Source of the DNA: Octopus bimaculoides
Taxonomy: Eukaryota
Reading direction: 5' to 3'
DNA length: 64,000 nucleotides
Assembly (NCBI RefSeq): GCF_001194135.2
Contig: NC_068987.1
Coordinates: 19,026,188 to 19,090,187, forward strand
How positions within the stretch are numbered: the stretch's first letter is position 1; each line of letters opens with the position of its first letter. Positions 24,677-36,700 of the stretch are shown in pieces. The position numbers and the translations under genes are program-made. The notes under the pieces are model-generated. The model did not search any database, was not told the origin of the DNA, and saw nothing but the letters and a program-made list of their open reading frames with translations.

Positions 24677-26215
24677 GCTCCATTTTATCACAAAAACAAA
24701 ATTATCATATTTTTACTTTCCTGTTCCTTGTGGGCACATTTTCATAGTAATACACTAAAATAGCTCTACACCTCCAAACAACTGATATGAAAGAGCTGAC
24801 ATAAAATCCATCTGAAGCTAATTAGTCAACTTGAAAAGATGACTGACTGACATTTAATTGTAGCTACATGTTTTTTCCTTTTTTTTAAATTTTTACTGTA
24901 AATTCTAATTCAGAAGTCGTATTTTACCTTTTAACCAAGGATCAGCAAATAATATCACAGGTGTTCTTGTACATAATTTATCTGTATTCTTCAAACAACA
25001 ACTTCCATGACATATCTTGGATGGAAAAAATTCTTCAAAATAATTCCTGATGCTCTGAAATAAAAGACAGTATACTATCAATATCAATATAAAACTGTTA
25101 GAGATAAGAGATAATGAAAGTCAAACAATATGAAATAAGAAGAGTATCCAGACACAGCTCTGCAGCTTGTCAAACAGCCCAACCCTTGTCAGAATGGAAA
25201 ATGGATATCAAATGATGATGATGATGATGATCCACAGAGAAAGTACTAAGAAAAAAGATTAAGAATGACAGAATATACTAAACTCCTAATATCGCAATCC
25301 CTCACATCTCATTTAGAAGTATACCAACTACATATTCACCCAAATGCCATACCAGGTTATCAATCATCCCTCATATATCCCAAGAAATTCAGTTCCTAAT
25401 GTCCATGGTCATATCAATCCCTGCCAGAATTTTTTATCATTCTTAAGTTGACAGACATCAGATGGAGAGCTTTGACCAGTAGGATCTGATTTAAGGAAAA
25501 TTTGGCCACTATTCTAAGCAGGTAGAATGTAGACGCTGAAGTTTCATATAACAACCAACTTCCATCTAATAGAAATAGCAGTCAAATCTCTCTTAAATTA
25601 CACTCTATTGTGAGAGGGCTCATTAGAGAAAAAAGACAAGATAGTCACTACTAGGAAGCCTTTCACCATAGGTCTGACCTGAAGCTAAAAAACTGAAGTA
25701 ATGCTATGATATATATTAAAACCCTGTGAACAGATAATGTAAATAAGAATGACAGATACCTTTATTTAGTATTGGAGAATCCAGTCGTTGACAGACATTG
25801 GTATTTGGTTGCATGACCTGTCATAGATGTGGTTCAACTGTTGTTTAGCCCTAGGTCAGCCGTCATGATCATCAATGACATTCCAGCATTGATATCCCAT
25901 TAGTTTTCTTTCTTTCTTTTTTTATAGGATAACATTGTCCAATTTGTCCCTTTCCTTTAAGACAGTGATATGTGATTTGAAGGAGAGTTTCCTGTTCTTT
26001 CCAGCGAGTCCCGATATACTGCACAGATGCTATCGTTGACACTACAGCCATGGGAGATGTATGTCTGACGTGTGACCAGTAGAAATGTCCAGTTCTGTTT
26101 ACATCGAAAGAATGCAGCATGCAAGGCTAACTTAACATTATTACAAATCGTTATTTACATAATTGCACTGCATAAATTAAATGTGACCATTTACATTGAT
26201 TAAACATTACACTTA

Positions 26216-27268
26216 CTAAACCGCATACAATCTACTTATGGCCATTAACAAGTGGCCAAAAGGTTTCTTTTTCACTTTATTTTTCCACAAAAATTCGTGG
26301 AGGTACGAAGAAAATAATGCATCACTGGTGCCGCATTGTTTTTTTAATTTCCTTTTCGCTCGCATCCATGTATTCTCGATAATCTGTGCGTGTACATTTG
26401 GATCGTTTTGGTTCACGATATCCCGTTCGTGCACCACGGAGTCGTTCGAGTACAATCTAAAATCGATATCTTTCAGCAGATCGAAAGATACCCAAGCATC
26501 AGCAATGATGCGGCTACCTGGAAGGATCCATTGTCGGATGATAGGCTCCAACGTTTGCTGTTTTCTGTTGGGGACTTCAACCATACAGCACTTACCACTC
26601 CGGCGTTCGATCGCACCGAACACCCAGTGACCAGCGCGCCATTGGCCCTTGTGGTATCTGCTGTTTAGGAATTTCGATTCACCCAGCTCTACCACAATCG
26701 GTGTACCGTCCTCGCCCACACCTCCAAGTACTGTGGGTGATTTCTGGAGATCCCATTCTACTACTTCTCGCAGAAAATTACACCAGTCCACTATTGTGTT
26801 CTTATTCACATGGAGTTGCTCCATCATTTCTTTCTGCTGGTAGTCCTCAACCCACATGTTAATTAAAAGAAGAAGGTCCAGTAACGACATGCGGCTTCTT
26901 TCAAAAAAAGACCCTTTTCGAATGGATTGGGTAAAATTGTGCCGGCGACAATTCCAAATCTTCTTGTCGAGTTTCTTCGTCAGAGTGATAAGTGTACACG
27001 GTTCGCCACACGTACCACAGTTGACAGAGTTACTTAAGAGTCTCCGTTTTGCCATCCATTCAATCGCTGAATCTACGTCCATTGTCTGAGTGGCTAACTC
27101 CAGCAGTGTACACGATTCTTCTTTGATTTCATCTTCATCCATCACTTTGTCCACAATTCTTTTTCTTCTACAATACGTCATTACGAAAGAGTAAATTGAA
27201 GTGGAGTGAGAACAATAACTTTCCTCCGAACTGTTTTCATTTACTGTGTGAAAGAAAGGATGATACAA
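26216..27268 (-). CDS. Merlin/IS1595 (ISXO2-like) DDE transposase-derived protein; first catalytic Asp replaced by Gly; candidate domesticated gene (probable start M30 at 27181)
   Basis: N-terminal CxxC...C..H zinc-ribbon-like segment, SIRKGSFFERS, helix-turn-helix-like TIVDWCNF, then VELGES (family VEIDES), WVFGAIER, ADAW (family SDxW), HAQIIENTW (family HTQxIExxW) and YLHEFLW. Confidence 0.85.
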   Translation of the reverse strand: MYHPFFHTVNENSSEESYCSHSTSIYSFVMTYCRRKRIVDKVMDEDEIKEESCTLLELATQTMDVDSAIEWMAKRRLLSNSVNCGTCGEPCTLITLTKKLDKKIWNCRRHNFTQSIRKGSFFERSRMSLLDLLLLINMWVEDYQQKEMMEQLHVNKNTIVDWCNFLREVVEWDLQKSPTVLGGVGEDGTPIVVELGESKFLNSRYHKGQWRAGHWVFGAIERRSGKCCMVEVPNRKQQTLEPIIRQWILPGSRIIADAWVSFDLLKDIDFRLYSNDSVVHERDIVNQNDPNVHAQIIENTWMRAKRKLKKQCGTSDALFSSYLHEFLWKNKVKKKPFGHLLMAISRLYAV

Positions 27269-28184
27269 AGCCAGTTACATGAAACATAATAGTTATTGAT
27301 TAGTGATCTAATTTTTTAAAAATGAACAATCAGAAGTTAAAAAATAAAGAAAATACATTTTGAATTATTTTTTATTAAATACGTACGTACAAGAATGTTT
27401 AATTAAATATACAAAATTCGGTGAATGTTTATCAAAGTTCGAAAACTTCCTACCGGAAATAGGATTTCAGATTTCGGAAAACTGAATGAAATCAAAACTA
27501 TACAATCAAAGGAGAAGAAAAAAAAGGATTTACATGGAACTCTAAAGTCAAAGTACAACTTCGTAGTATTATGATATTTAATAATGTTAATAATGTAACG
27601 TGATGAGCTTAAACAAAAATGTTAAACTTGAAGTTGTATAAGTGTTTTTTCCCCCTCCCTTTTGCTAAACACCATACCTTATGGTGAGCCTTTACTCCTT
27701 CAGAATTGTCAATGACCTGACGAAAATGAAATTTCCAAATTTGCAAACGATTTCTCGGGGGCGGGGGGTTTTCCTCTTGAGACAAATTTGAAAGTTTCGA
27801 CAAGTTTCCATAATAGAACTCTTGTAACAAGGGGAGTTAATTCATTTCAATAGTAACAGAAGAGTTTCTTCTCACTCTTAGCAACGGGGGTGAATGGGCA
27901 GAGCTGAGCAATGCTTTAATCGAACATTGTAAATATAATCAAATTATTATTGTATATTTAAAATTGTAAATATTTAATCGATACAGCTACTTCACCCCTT
28001 TTATGTTTGTCTGCCCTTGTTCGTCCCCTCTTTGTAATGCCTTTATGGCAAATATTTATGAAATAAAGTAGCAGCCAAATATCCCCCAAATAACACTACC
28101 TTAAAAAAATTTAGACATATTGAACTATGTTGTCCCTGATGTTAAATGGCAATGACTAGACCATTTGATCATATGTGCTTTGAC

Positions 28185-29390
28185 GAGAAAAAGTCTCCAA
28201 CAATTAAATTGTCTTATCCCGCAGGCGTGTCTGTCGTTTGTCGTTTTCTTCGGGACCAGTGATCCGTTGTTACTAAATGGGCGAATTATTCCGAAGTGTA
28301 GCATGTGTTGGAATTCTTGTTTAGCAGCCTTTAAACGATCTGGAAGGAGACTTAGTGGTCACTTGACAATTAGTGGGCCACAGGTGTTAATGTGGTAGTT
28401 AACATTATTATACTCGACTGCATTGCTTCTAAACACCAGACGAGGAAAGTCTGGGTACTTACGAAGAACAGAGCTGTATCATGACTGCAAAATAACAGGG
28501 CTTGTTGTGGGTGTCCAGGCAGTTATACTGCACACCAAGAAGTTGGTTATACTATCAATAAGCCTTCTGCATTTAACATCTACTGAGATGCTGATATAGT
28601 GAAGGAAATCAGCTCCTAAAATTGGAGTCAGCAAGTTAGCGAAGATGAAAACCCTTGGAAAAGAATGATGAAGGCCTAAATCCAGAATAAGAGACTGTTC
28701 ACTGATTGTTGGAATCAGTGAATGATCACCACTTGCAGAAAAACTGGCGTAGGTTTTCTAATGTATAAGGGAAACAGAAATTATGCTTGCCTCAGTACGG
28801 TACCCATATTGACAAGGAAACATGTACCTGATAGTTTGTCACTACTGAAAAAGAGATGGCTTTGTTTATTGGAATCAGGTATATTTGCTGCCCTTAATCC
28901 CTGGCTGCTTTGTCTCCTGGAATAGAAGTCTTTTCAGAAAAAGAACAGGGTGCCAAATTTGTAGTGACACCAGGAAATCCAATCAGGCTGAAGAGTATAG
29001 CTGGAGCTTTAAGTACACTAATAATTAAAATACCAAGAAGTGATCTAAACTGAAGCAATGTGAAAATTAGTGCTGGGTTGTGTAATCAGAATGGTGGTAC
29101 TTTCAAAATAATAGCTGCCATATCTATGATAGAAAAGGGTACTGATATGTCGTGCTCTGATTAGAGTACTAGTAGGAAGTCCAATTGTTGGCTTCATGTG
29201 GCTTGATTTGTTGTCTCAAATCATAACATGGCTGTGTAGTTTGTTTCTTTATAGAGATCACCAAATGTAACAGATGACTGGTTACTAGCCTTCAACAAAA
29301 ACTTACTATAAAAACACCTGGACCATTAGTAGAAATGATTTATATAAAATCATAGTCAATGGAACTTTAAAGATTGAATTTTTTTCAAGT
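28185..29390 (-). mobile_element. Decayed Gypsy/Ty3 LTR retrotransposon (gag-protease-RT N-terminus)
   Basis: Minus-strand translation gives protease ILDLGLHHSFPRVFIFANLLTPILGADFLHY...VDVKCRRLID (28555-28689) and RT HINTCGP...LPDRLKAAKQEFQHMLHFGIIRP...LVPKK...CG (28190-28400). A Gag-like WCHYKFG lies upstream. Confidence 0.8.
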
Positions 29391-29988
29391 CCTTGTTGAA
29401 CAACGAGGAAATTCAAGTGAAGGGCCCATGGCTTCTTGTTCACTAGACTACTTCCACTCACAGGCTTATTGAGCCTGACTTCTCACTATGCCAAAGTGAC
29501 AATCATCTATGAGAGCATCTAGAACTTGCCGAGTTCAGTTCCTCCAACAAGATGACATCATGCTCACTTCAGTGAAACCAGAGTTAAGTCAATTTCCAGT
29601 AGAGCTCGGTCTTTCAGATGGTGCTGCATCTTCATCTGAAACTATATCAATTCACCCATCTAATTATTTGGAATGAACATAGTGATGAAGAGTGTTGATG
29701 TTAAATAAGATTGACTGTTGGATCATATTTATTGTTAGGATTCGACTGTCTCAGTAAAACTTCACCATATTCAGAAAGCAAGACAGGTAAAGATTGCAGT
29801 GCTTAAATTTAAGTGGCTTGGTTAGTCACTGTGCAAAGAGTGGCCAAATCACAGAGCAATTCCCAGGTTTTTATATAGATCCACACCCGGTGGAAAAATT
29901 GAAAAAAAAATAGTGTAGTAGTTGAAGTGCACCGTATATGAAATAAATATGAAGGAAAAAATGCGCGCTGGCAAACGGGTGGGTGGGG

Positions 29989-30180
29989 AGAGGGCTCAGA
30001 AAATTCACACAACCCGAGCACTAAATCTCAACGTCCAGTCACAGGAGTGAAACAGAAATCATCTAATACCCTAACCCTAACTCTAACCCTCGATTTAGTG
30101 CTCGGGTTGTGTAGAGCTGACCATGTGAATTTTCCGAGCTCTCTAGGGTTAGGGTTAGGGTTGGGGTTATGGTTAGGGTT
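29989..30180. repeat. Foldback element with CCCTAA and TTAGGG runs
   Basis: ACACAACCCGAGCACTAAATC / GATTTAGTGCTCGGGTTGTGT inverted pair, plus an outer GAAAATTCAC/GTGAATTTTC pair and telomeric hexamers in both orientations. Confidence 0.85.
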
Positions 30181-31701
30181 ACATAATTCCTCATCTCTTA
30201 AATATAGAACTGTAAAACATTAGTTTGGGAAAATGACAAGACGAAATTGAGGCTGATCAAGGTGTCTGCCAAACAGACATAAATTCTATATAAATGCAAG
30301 CTGGTTTATCTTTCAGAATTTTTGCAGTTTGCCATAACAGATACCAATGCTGAATGTTCAGAGGAAATGAAAACTCACACTTTAGAAAATACAATTCAAA
30401 ATCATTTGATTTTTTTAAATTTTGATTTTAATTTTATATTTTTCCACACTACTCTATTCTAGCAGTAGAGATATTTTTCAATGTCCACAGTAAAATGTCC
30501 TTTTGGTAATATTTCTCCAAACAGGCAAGATTATTACAAAAGAAAGAACTAATGAAATTAGGCTAGCAACATTATTAATTGTATCAAATAATAACATTTC
30601 AGGAGTAAATGTAAACTGCAAATGTTAACAAAACAATAATATAACTGTCTGATTTGCATCCAGACTGAAGATTTGGTACAAATACAGACTAAAGAATTTA
30701 ATTGAGATTAAATTTGATATATATTTTCAACAAAAAAAAAGTAGAAAAGTGATATATCTTTATATGTAACATTCACAAATTACACCATGATGTTCACACA
30801 AAATTTAGGATAATAAAACTCTCACATATGTCCTATTATTGCCATCATTTGAACATCCACTTTTCTATGCTTGCACAGCTCAGGTGGAATGCATTAAGGC
30901 AGATTTGCTGCAGCTAGATGCTCATCCTGTCACTACCTCTGACCTGTTTCCAAACAAGGTAATATCATCTCAGGCCCTTTGAACATGACCAGTTCAATGG
31001 CTGCATGTCTTTTCAATGTAAGATTGCTGATTGTAACTACATCACTGTTCATAAAAAACTGTTGTTTGTTTGCAAATAATGTCAAGACAAGGAGACACAT
31101 TCACACATATATACACAACAGGTATCTTTCAATTTCTATCCAGCAATTCCGCTCACAAGATTTTAGTTAGCATGAGAATGAATTTGAAACCATGTAATTA
31201 CAAAGTAAACTTCTTAACTATACAGCCATGCCTATGTCAATCAGGTCTTAAAATTTCAGTTGTTGCTTGTGTATTAGTTCATTACAGAATGACAAAACAA
31301 TAATGAAGAACCTCGTTGTGGTATAACATACCTCACCACGTGGTCAAATACATCAAAAATATTCTTTCCTCTTTCTGTAAATACATCTGACAACATACAT
31401 ATTTATTCTGAAAGAATACTTTTATTAAAAATAACTGAGTGGTAAGTGTAATGTAGATAAATTTGTGGTTATATAATAATGCAGTGGGATAAGCCACTAC
31501 TCAGAAAAAATAACTTCCCACTAATAGCTTGGCAATATCAATTCTTTCCCATGTAAGCATTATTATGACATCATTAACAATATTTGTTGGATGTATTTTG
31601 TGACAGATAAAACAATGTTATACTTTCTCTTTAATGTGAAGGTATTGACATTCAGTAAAATTACTTCTTTGATGGAATAATTTAATACAGTTATCACAAT
31701 G

Positions 31702-32223
31702 TTATTGTTTCTCTCCCGTGTGAACACGTTTATGACAAGATAAAATATTACTTCTGGAAAAAGTTTTACCACAAATATCACAGCGATATGGTTTCTCTCC
31801 TGTGTGAATACGTATATGGGTATATAAATTAGTATTATGAGAAAACATTTTACCACAAATATCACAGTGGTATTTTTTCTCTCCTGTGTGAACACGTTTA
31901 TGAGAAGATAAATCACTATTTCTAGAAAAAGTTTTACCACAGATATCACACTGATGTGGTTTCTCTCCTGTGTGAATTCGTTTATGGATAGATAAACTAC
32001 TTCTACGAGATAATGACTTTCCACAAATATCACAATGGTAATATTTCCCACCGGTGTGAATATGTTTGTGGCAAGCTAAATGATCGCTCCGTGAGAAAGA
32101 TTTGCCACAAATATCACAGCAATATGGTTTTTCATCTGTGTGAATACGTTTGTGTTTAGTCAAGTTACTCTTTAAAGAAAATGTTTTATCACAGATATCG
32201 CAGGAATATGGCCTTTTTTCCAT
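31702..32223 (-). CDS. ZNF-D: six intact C2H2 fingers from an internal Met; flanks decayed (truncated gene or young pseudogene)
   Basis: Six canonical fingers. The ancestral start is ATA (32431-32433) where ZNF-E has ATG, with stops in the leader. An in-frame TAA at 31702-31704 is followed by degenerate fingers. Confidence 0.7.
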   Translation of the reverse strand: MEKRPYSCDICDKTFSLKSNLTKHKRIHTDEKPYCCDICGKSFSRSDHLACHKHIHTGGKYYHCDICGKSLSRRSSLSIHKRIHTGEKPHQCDICGKTFSRNSDLSSHKRVHTGEKKYHCDICGKMFSHNTNLYTHIRIHTGEKPYRCDICGKTFSRSNILSCHKRVHTGEKQ

Positions 32224-33589
32224 GTGAATATATTAGTGAGAAATTAGATCATTTTTAATGAATCTTTTAGCACAAATTTTTCACACATAAAATGTTGATC
32301 TTGTGTGAATTAACTTATTGGTTTTCTTCTGTGAACGACTTTTTATAGATCTCACAGAGGGTAGACTTTTCATAAGAAATTTTCACTGTCTCATCAGAAC
32401 ATCAATCTGATTCTCACACAATACTTTCTCTATTACTTTTTTATCTTCCAACATTAAGGTAACTTTTCTTTCTTTTCTCATTTTAATTTACAATATAAAT
32501 ATATTTAGCACCAAGTGATATTTGTCAAAATGACAGACTATTTCAGTTCAAGATTAATCAATCACATAAGGATTAATTTAGCTAAGATAATATTTTATTA
32601 GAAGAAATTAGATATTAAAGGATCACTGAAATAACTCCAGTTATTAAGTAACATCTGTATGACTATCCTTGCAAAGAAAGTGGTTAAATCCTTAGCTGAG
32701 ATTTTTCCCAGCTTAATCTCTCCAGAAAAAATGTATAATACACATTTCCATTCAATAAAGTTCGTAATTAATTTCAATAAGAATAAAATCTTTCTTTAAA
32801 AGTTGCTATATATATATTAATATATTTGAAGTGGAAAGTTCTTTTAATGTCCAAGCCCTGTAATATCCTGAAATAAAAGGAAAAAAAAAGATATAGTTAA
32901 ATATCAATATAATTTTTAAAATTTTGTTAGTGAGAAGAAAGTGAGAAAATCTAGGAAACAATTCCTTGTTATGGAAATGTGCTGGAAATGGTTGATGAAA
33001 ACTTTGCACAAGTGGTGAAGGTATGGATTTATTTAAGAGATTAGCAAACCTAACTTACAATATATAAAGCTGTAACGATAATGTTGCAAGGGGATACCAA
33101 AATTGTAATGATTTATATATACCCAATAAATGAGAGGAAAATATTATTAGTTGAAATGGCTTTTTATTATATCATTACAATGTAAGATACAACTTCCTTG
33201 AGTTGTTGTACACAGAGGAATTTTAGTTCTATAGTGCATCTTGTAGGTAGTTAAATTCGTCTTTTGTTGACTGTTAGAAGACGGATGGAAAAAGAGTAGA
33301 GAGTCTACTTCTCTGGGCTGACAAGTAGAGAGGGTGAAAGTTGTATTGTTGTGCACAAGCCATACCTGATGTGAGAAACAGACAGATGTGCTCTTCTAGT
33401 GATGGACCAAGTGTAGAGGTAGAACCAATTTTGGGTTCCATATTTATAATTTTTCTAACCAAATTAAGTTAGGCTATACAAATGATTTTCCATCTCTTAT
33501 CTGCTTGAATCCTATTTAACCTAAGAATGATAAACAATAGAACTGTGATGTTATGAGCCAGGCTGTGTTGTAGGAACGGTGAATCAAGG

Positions 33590-34860
33590 AAAGCATTCTG
33601 ATCCCTTGGAAGGAGGAAGTGGAGAGTGGAGTGCTACTAGTGATGGCAGTGGTGCAGCAGACGAAGCATAAAGTCAGGATGGTATTAGATTTCCGAGAGC
33701 TGAACAACCACATATTGTGCCATATGGGCAGTGAGCTATGGACATTTGCAGCAAAACCTTGAGAGTGTGGAGGCAGATGATAGGCACCTCCACAATCATC
33801 GATTTGAAGTCAGCATATCTGCAGCTGCATATGGCTGAGGAGACTGTGGAAATATCAGCTAGTTAGGTACAAGGGTCAGACATACTACCTGATCAGGTTA
33901 GGATTTGGGTTGAATTCAGCACTGAAGATTATGGCAACAATTCTCAAAACCATCCTGGGAAAGGCGGACAAAGTGAAAAGAGCCACCAATTTATTACTGA
34001 CAACATCCTGGTGGACAAGAGCAAAGGAAGTCAGAAGTCACCTGAAGAGTTTTGGGCTAATTGGCAAACCACCAGAGGTGATGGAAGGAGGAGCTGCACT
34101 TGGACTCGAGCTAGGGAGAGACAAGGCCAGCGCGTTGGTGTTTCGGAGAGGGAATGAGATCCCAGAACTGGGCACAAAGACAAGTAGGCAAGAACTGTTT
34201 TCTGTGTGTGGGAAGCTGCTGGGACACTACCTGATTGCAAGATGGCTCCGGACAGCATGCAGCTTCATGAAGAGGCGAGCTGAAGGAGTGAGGTGGAGTG
34301 ACAAAATGGGCGAGAAGACAACTACCATGATGCAAAAAGTCTTGGAGAGAGTGATTGCGGAGGACCCAGTAAGAAGAAACTGGTACGTGCCCAAATTGAA
34401 GAATGGGATCATGTAGTGTGATGCTAGCAGCATAGCAACAGGAGTTGTCCTGGAAATTGGAGGTGTTCTGGTGGAGGATGCAGCCTGGCTCAGGAAGAAG
34501 GACGACTGCAACCACATCAACGTAGCAGAGCTGGATGCTGTGTTGAAGGGGCTGAACCTGGCCTTGAGGTGGGGGCTGTGTACCATCAAGATCTGGACCA
34601 ATTCAGCCACTGTACTTAGATGGGTGGGATCAGTGGTCACTGGCGAGTGGAGGGTGTGAACCAAAGGAGGCACAGAGATGCTGATAAGACGCCGTTTAGG
34701 AATTCTGGGCTAGCTAGCTGCCAAGTTTGACCTGAGGCTGAGTGTGGTTTTTGTGCACTCTGAGAAGAATAGAGCAGACGTCCTGACCAGAGTAAAGAAA
34801 GCCTGGTTGCAGGTGCTGGGGTATCTGGAGAAAGGAGTGGCTGTAGTGTGTCGACTGAGT
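33590..34860 (+). mobile_element. Decayed retroelement RT plus RNase H; superfamily uncertain
   Basis: VVQQTKHKVRMVLDFRELNNH, IIDLKSAYLQLH, LWKYQLV..YLIRLGFGLNSA, CDASSIATGVVLE, EDAAWLRKKDDCNHINVAELDAV, NRADVLTR, with frameshifts and stops. Confidence 0.8.
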
Positions 34861-35324
34861 CAGTAAAAACATCTTGGATTTCTTGAAATACAAAGTGTAT
34901 GTATTATGATGCGACAAAAAAATATTTAAGTAACTTTTAAGTATTTAATTAAAAGCTTTAACAAAAACAAATATAAGGCATAATGATGTATAAGAGTCAG
35001 TAGAAATTATGGTCTCCCCATATTTGCGGTCACTGCAATACTTTTTTGGTAAAAAATGCACATTTTATTTACGAAATTTTCCAGATATATTTGAGACGTT
35101 GTAGGTTACGGAGAAAATTGTTTTGTGTGTGTATGTGTGTGTGGTGGGGGAGGTTTCAATTATTCCCCCCAACATCACCCCCTGATTTCCTCATAACTTT
35201 CTTTCAAATTGCATGTCTTTTAATGAAATGCTCTAGATATACATTTCAGTTGTCATAGAATACGATTGTGTGATGGCAAAGTTTAAAATAATGTGCTCCA
35301 CAGACAAGTTTATCTTTTACTTGT

Positions 35325-35755
35325 TTTTGTCATTAGACTGCAGCCGTGCTGGGGAACCGTTCTGGGGTTTTTGGTCGAACAAATCAACCCCAGTACTTTT
35401 TCTTTTTCAAGTCTGCTACTGATTCTTTCGATATGCCTTGCTGGCGGAGGTAAAGAATACGCACACCACCCATTTTCAGCGTAACCTTAACCCTAGCACG
35501 TAACACAGGATGTGCGTATTCTTTACCTTCGCCTGCTTTGGAGGTTGTGAAGCGGTGATGGGGACAGATACACAAACACACACGTACATTTATGATGGGC
35601 TTTTTTCTGTTTCCGTCTAACAAATTGACTCACAAGGATTTGGTCGGGCCGGAGCTATAGTAGAAAACACTTGGCCAAGGTGGCATGCAGTGGGACGGAA
35701 CCCGATATCATTTGGTTGGGAAGCAAACTTCTTACTACATAGCTATGCTTGCACT
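35325..35755 (-). mobile_element. SINE family 2 interrupted by a foldback insert (35440-35536)
   Basis: Aligns to 18146-18540 on both sides of the insert. Confidence 0.8.
35440..35536. repeat. Short foldback inserted in a SINE
   Basis: GCTGGCGGAGGTAAAGAATACGCACA / TGTGCGTATTCTTTACCTTCGCCTGC, 26-bp arms, loop containing TAACCTTAACCCTAG. Confidence 0.85.
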
Positions 35756-36384
35756 TATAAATACAGCCAAGAAATTTTCCAAATTCAATTAAGATAATGG
35801 TAACCTACTCCCTCTCTGGAAAAGTTACTTGAAGATAAGAATTTTAAAGAAATTTACGAGGGAAAGAAAATCGGGTGGGGGCGTACTTTTGAAGTGAGGT
35901 CGTTATTTATACACCCGTCTCTCATTTCTTTGAAATCACGCTGCAATTTTTCACATCTACTTTTTTTCCTTCATAATTCCGATTCTTTAATGCGATTGCT
36001 CACGATATTTTCCAATTTCATTTTGTGATCATAAACAGAAAGAAATGCTGTACAAATTAAATAATACGGCACTGAACAATTAAATAGTGTTTACATATTG
36101 AAGTGAATGTTGTAGGTGTCACCGTGTGGTTGGATTCATCATAACTTCTAACTTTAATTTTTTCCAACGATAAAGTCATAAAGAAGCTAACATCAATATC
36201 TTTATGTTGTTACTTACCGGAGTGAAAACTGAATATATAACAACTACATCAGTAGTGAAATTTTCTATAAAATTGGATGAATATATCAAACCATAACATA
36301 GATTCGAATATTAGAAGAAAATCTACATTAAACTATCAGGGGAACTAACTCGTTCGCAATACAAGGATTTCTAAGTCTAAAACT

Positions 36385-36529
36385 GTCTTGGACAACCTGC
36401 GGGCCACGGAACAGTCTGAGTAGCACGCCTAACGAAAAACTACCTTCTATTTTTTTTAGTAATGCGGCCCACATGATGATGAACCATGTCACATGCGGCC
36501 CGCTTCTCGATAAAGGTTGTCCGTATCTG
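36385..36529. mobile_element. Decayed hAT-type MITE
   Basis: GGACAACCTGCGGGCC...GCGGCCCGC...AAAGGTTGTCC inverted ends; no TSD recognised. Confidence 0.55.
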
Positions 36530-36700
36530 GCCTTGAGCCAACAAGAGATGTTATAGGTGGTTGTACCACCTGCAAGAAATAGGCAGTTGAATCGCCCTCA
36601 AATCACATCCTACAGATGTATTTTTTCCACTTAAATTATGAGCTTTGACGCCTTCCTTTCATTAGACACGAAAAAACATTAAGGAAATAAGAAAATGAAT

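Noticed and set aside
32370-32410. Minus-strand CTGATGAGACAGTGAAA resembling a hammerhead ribozyme core
   Set aside because: Stem I cannot form, and it lies in the decayed ZNF-D leader.
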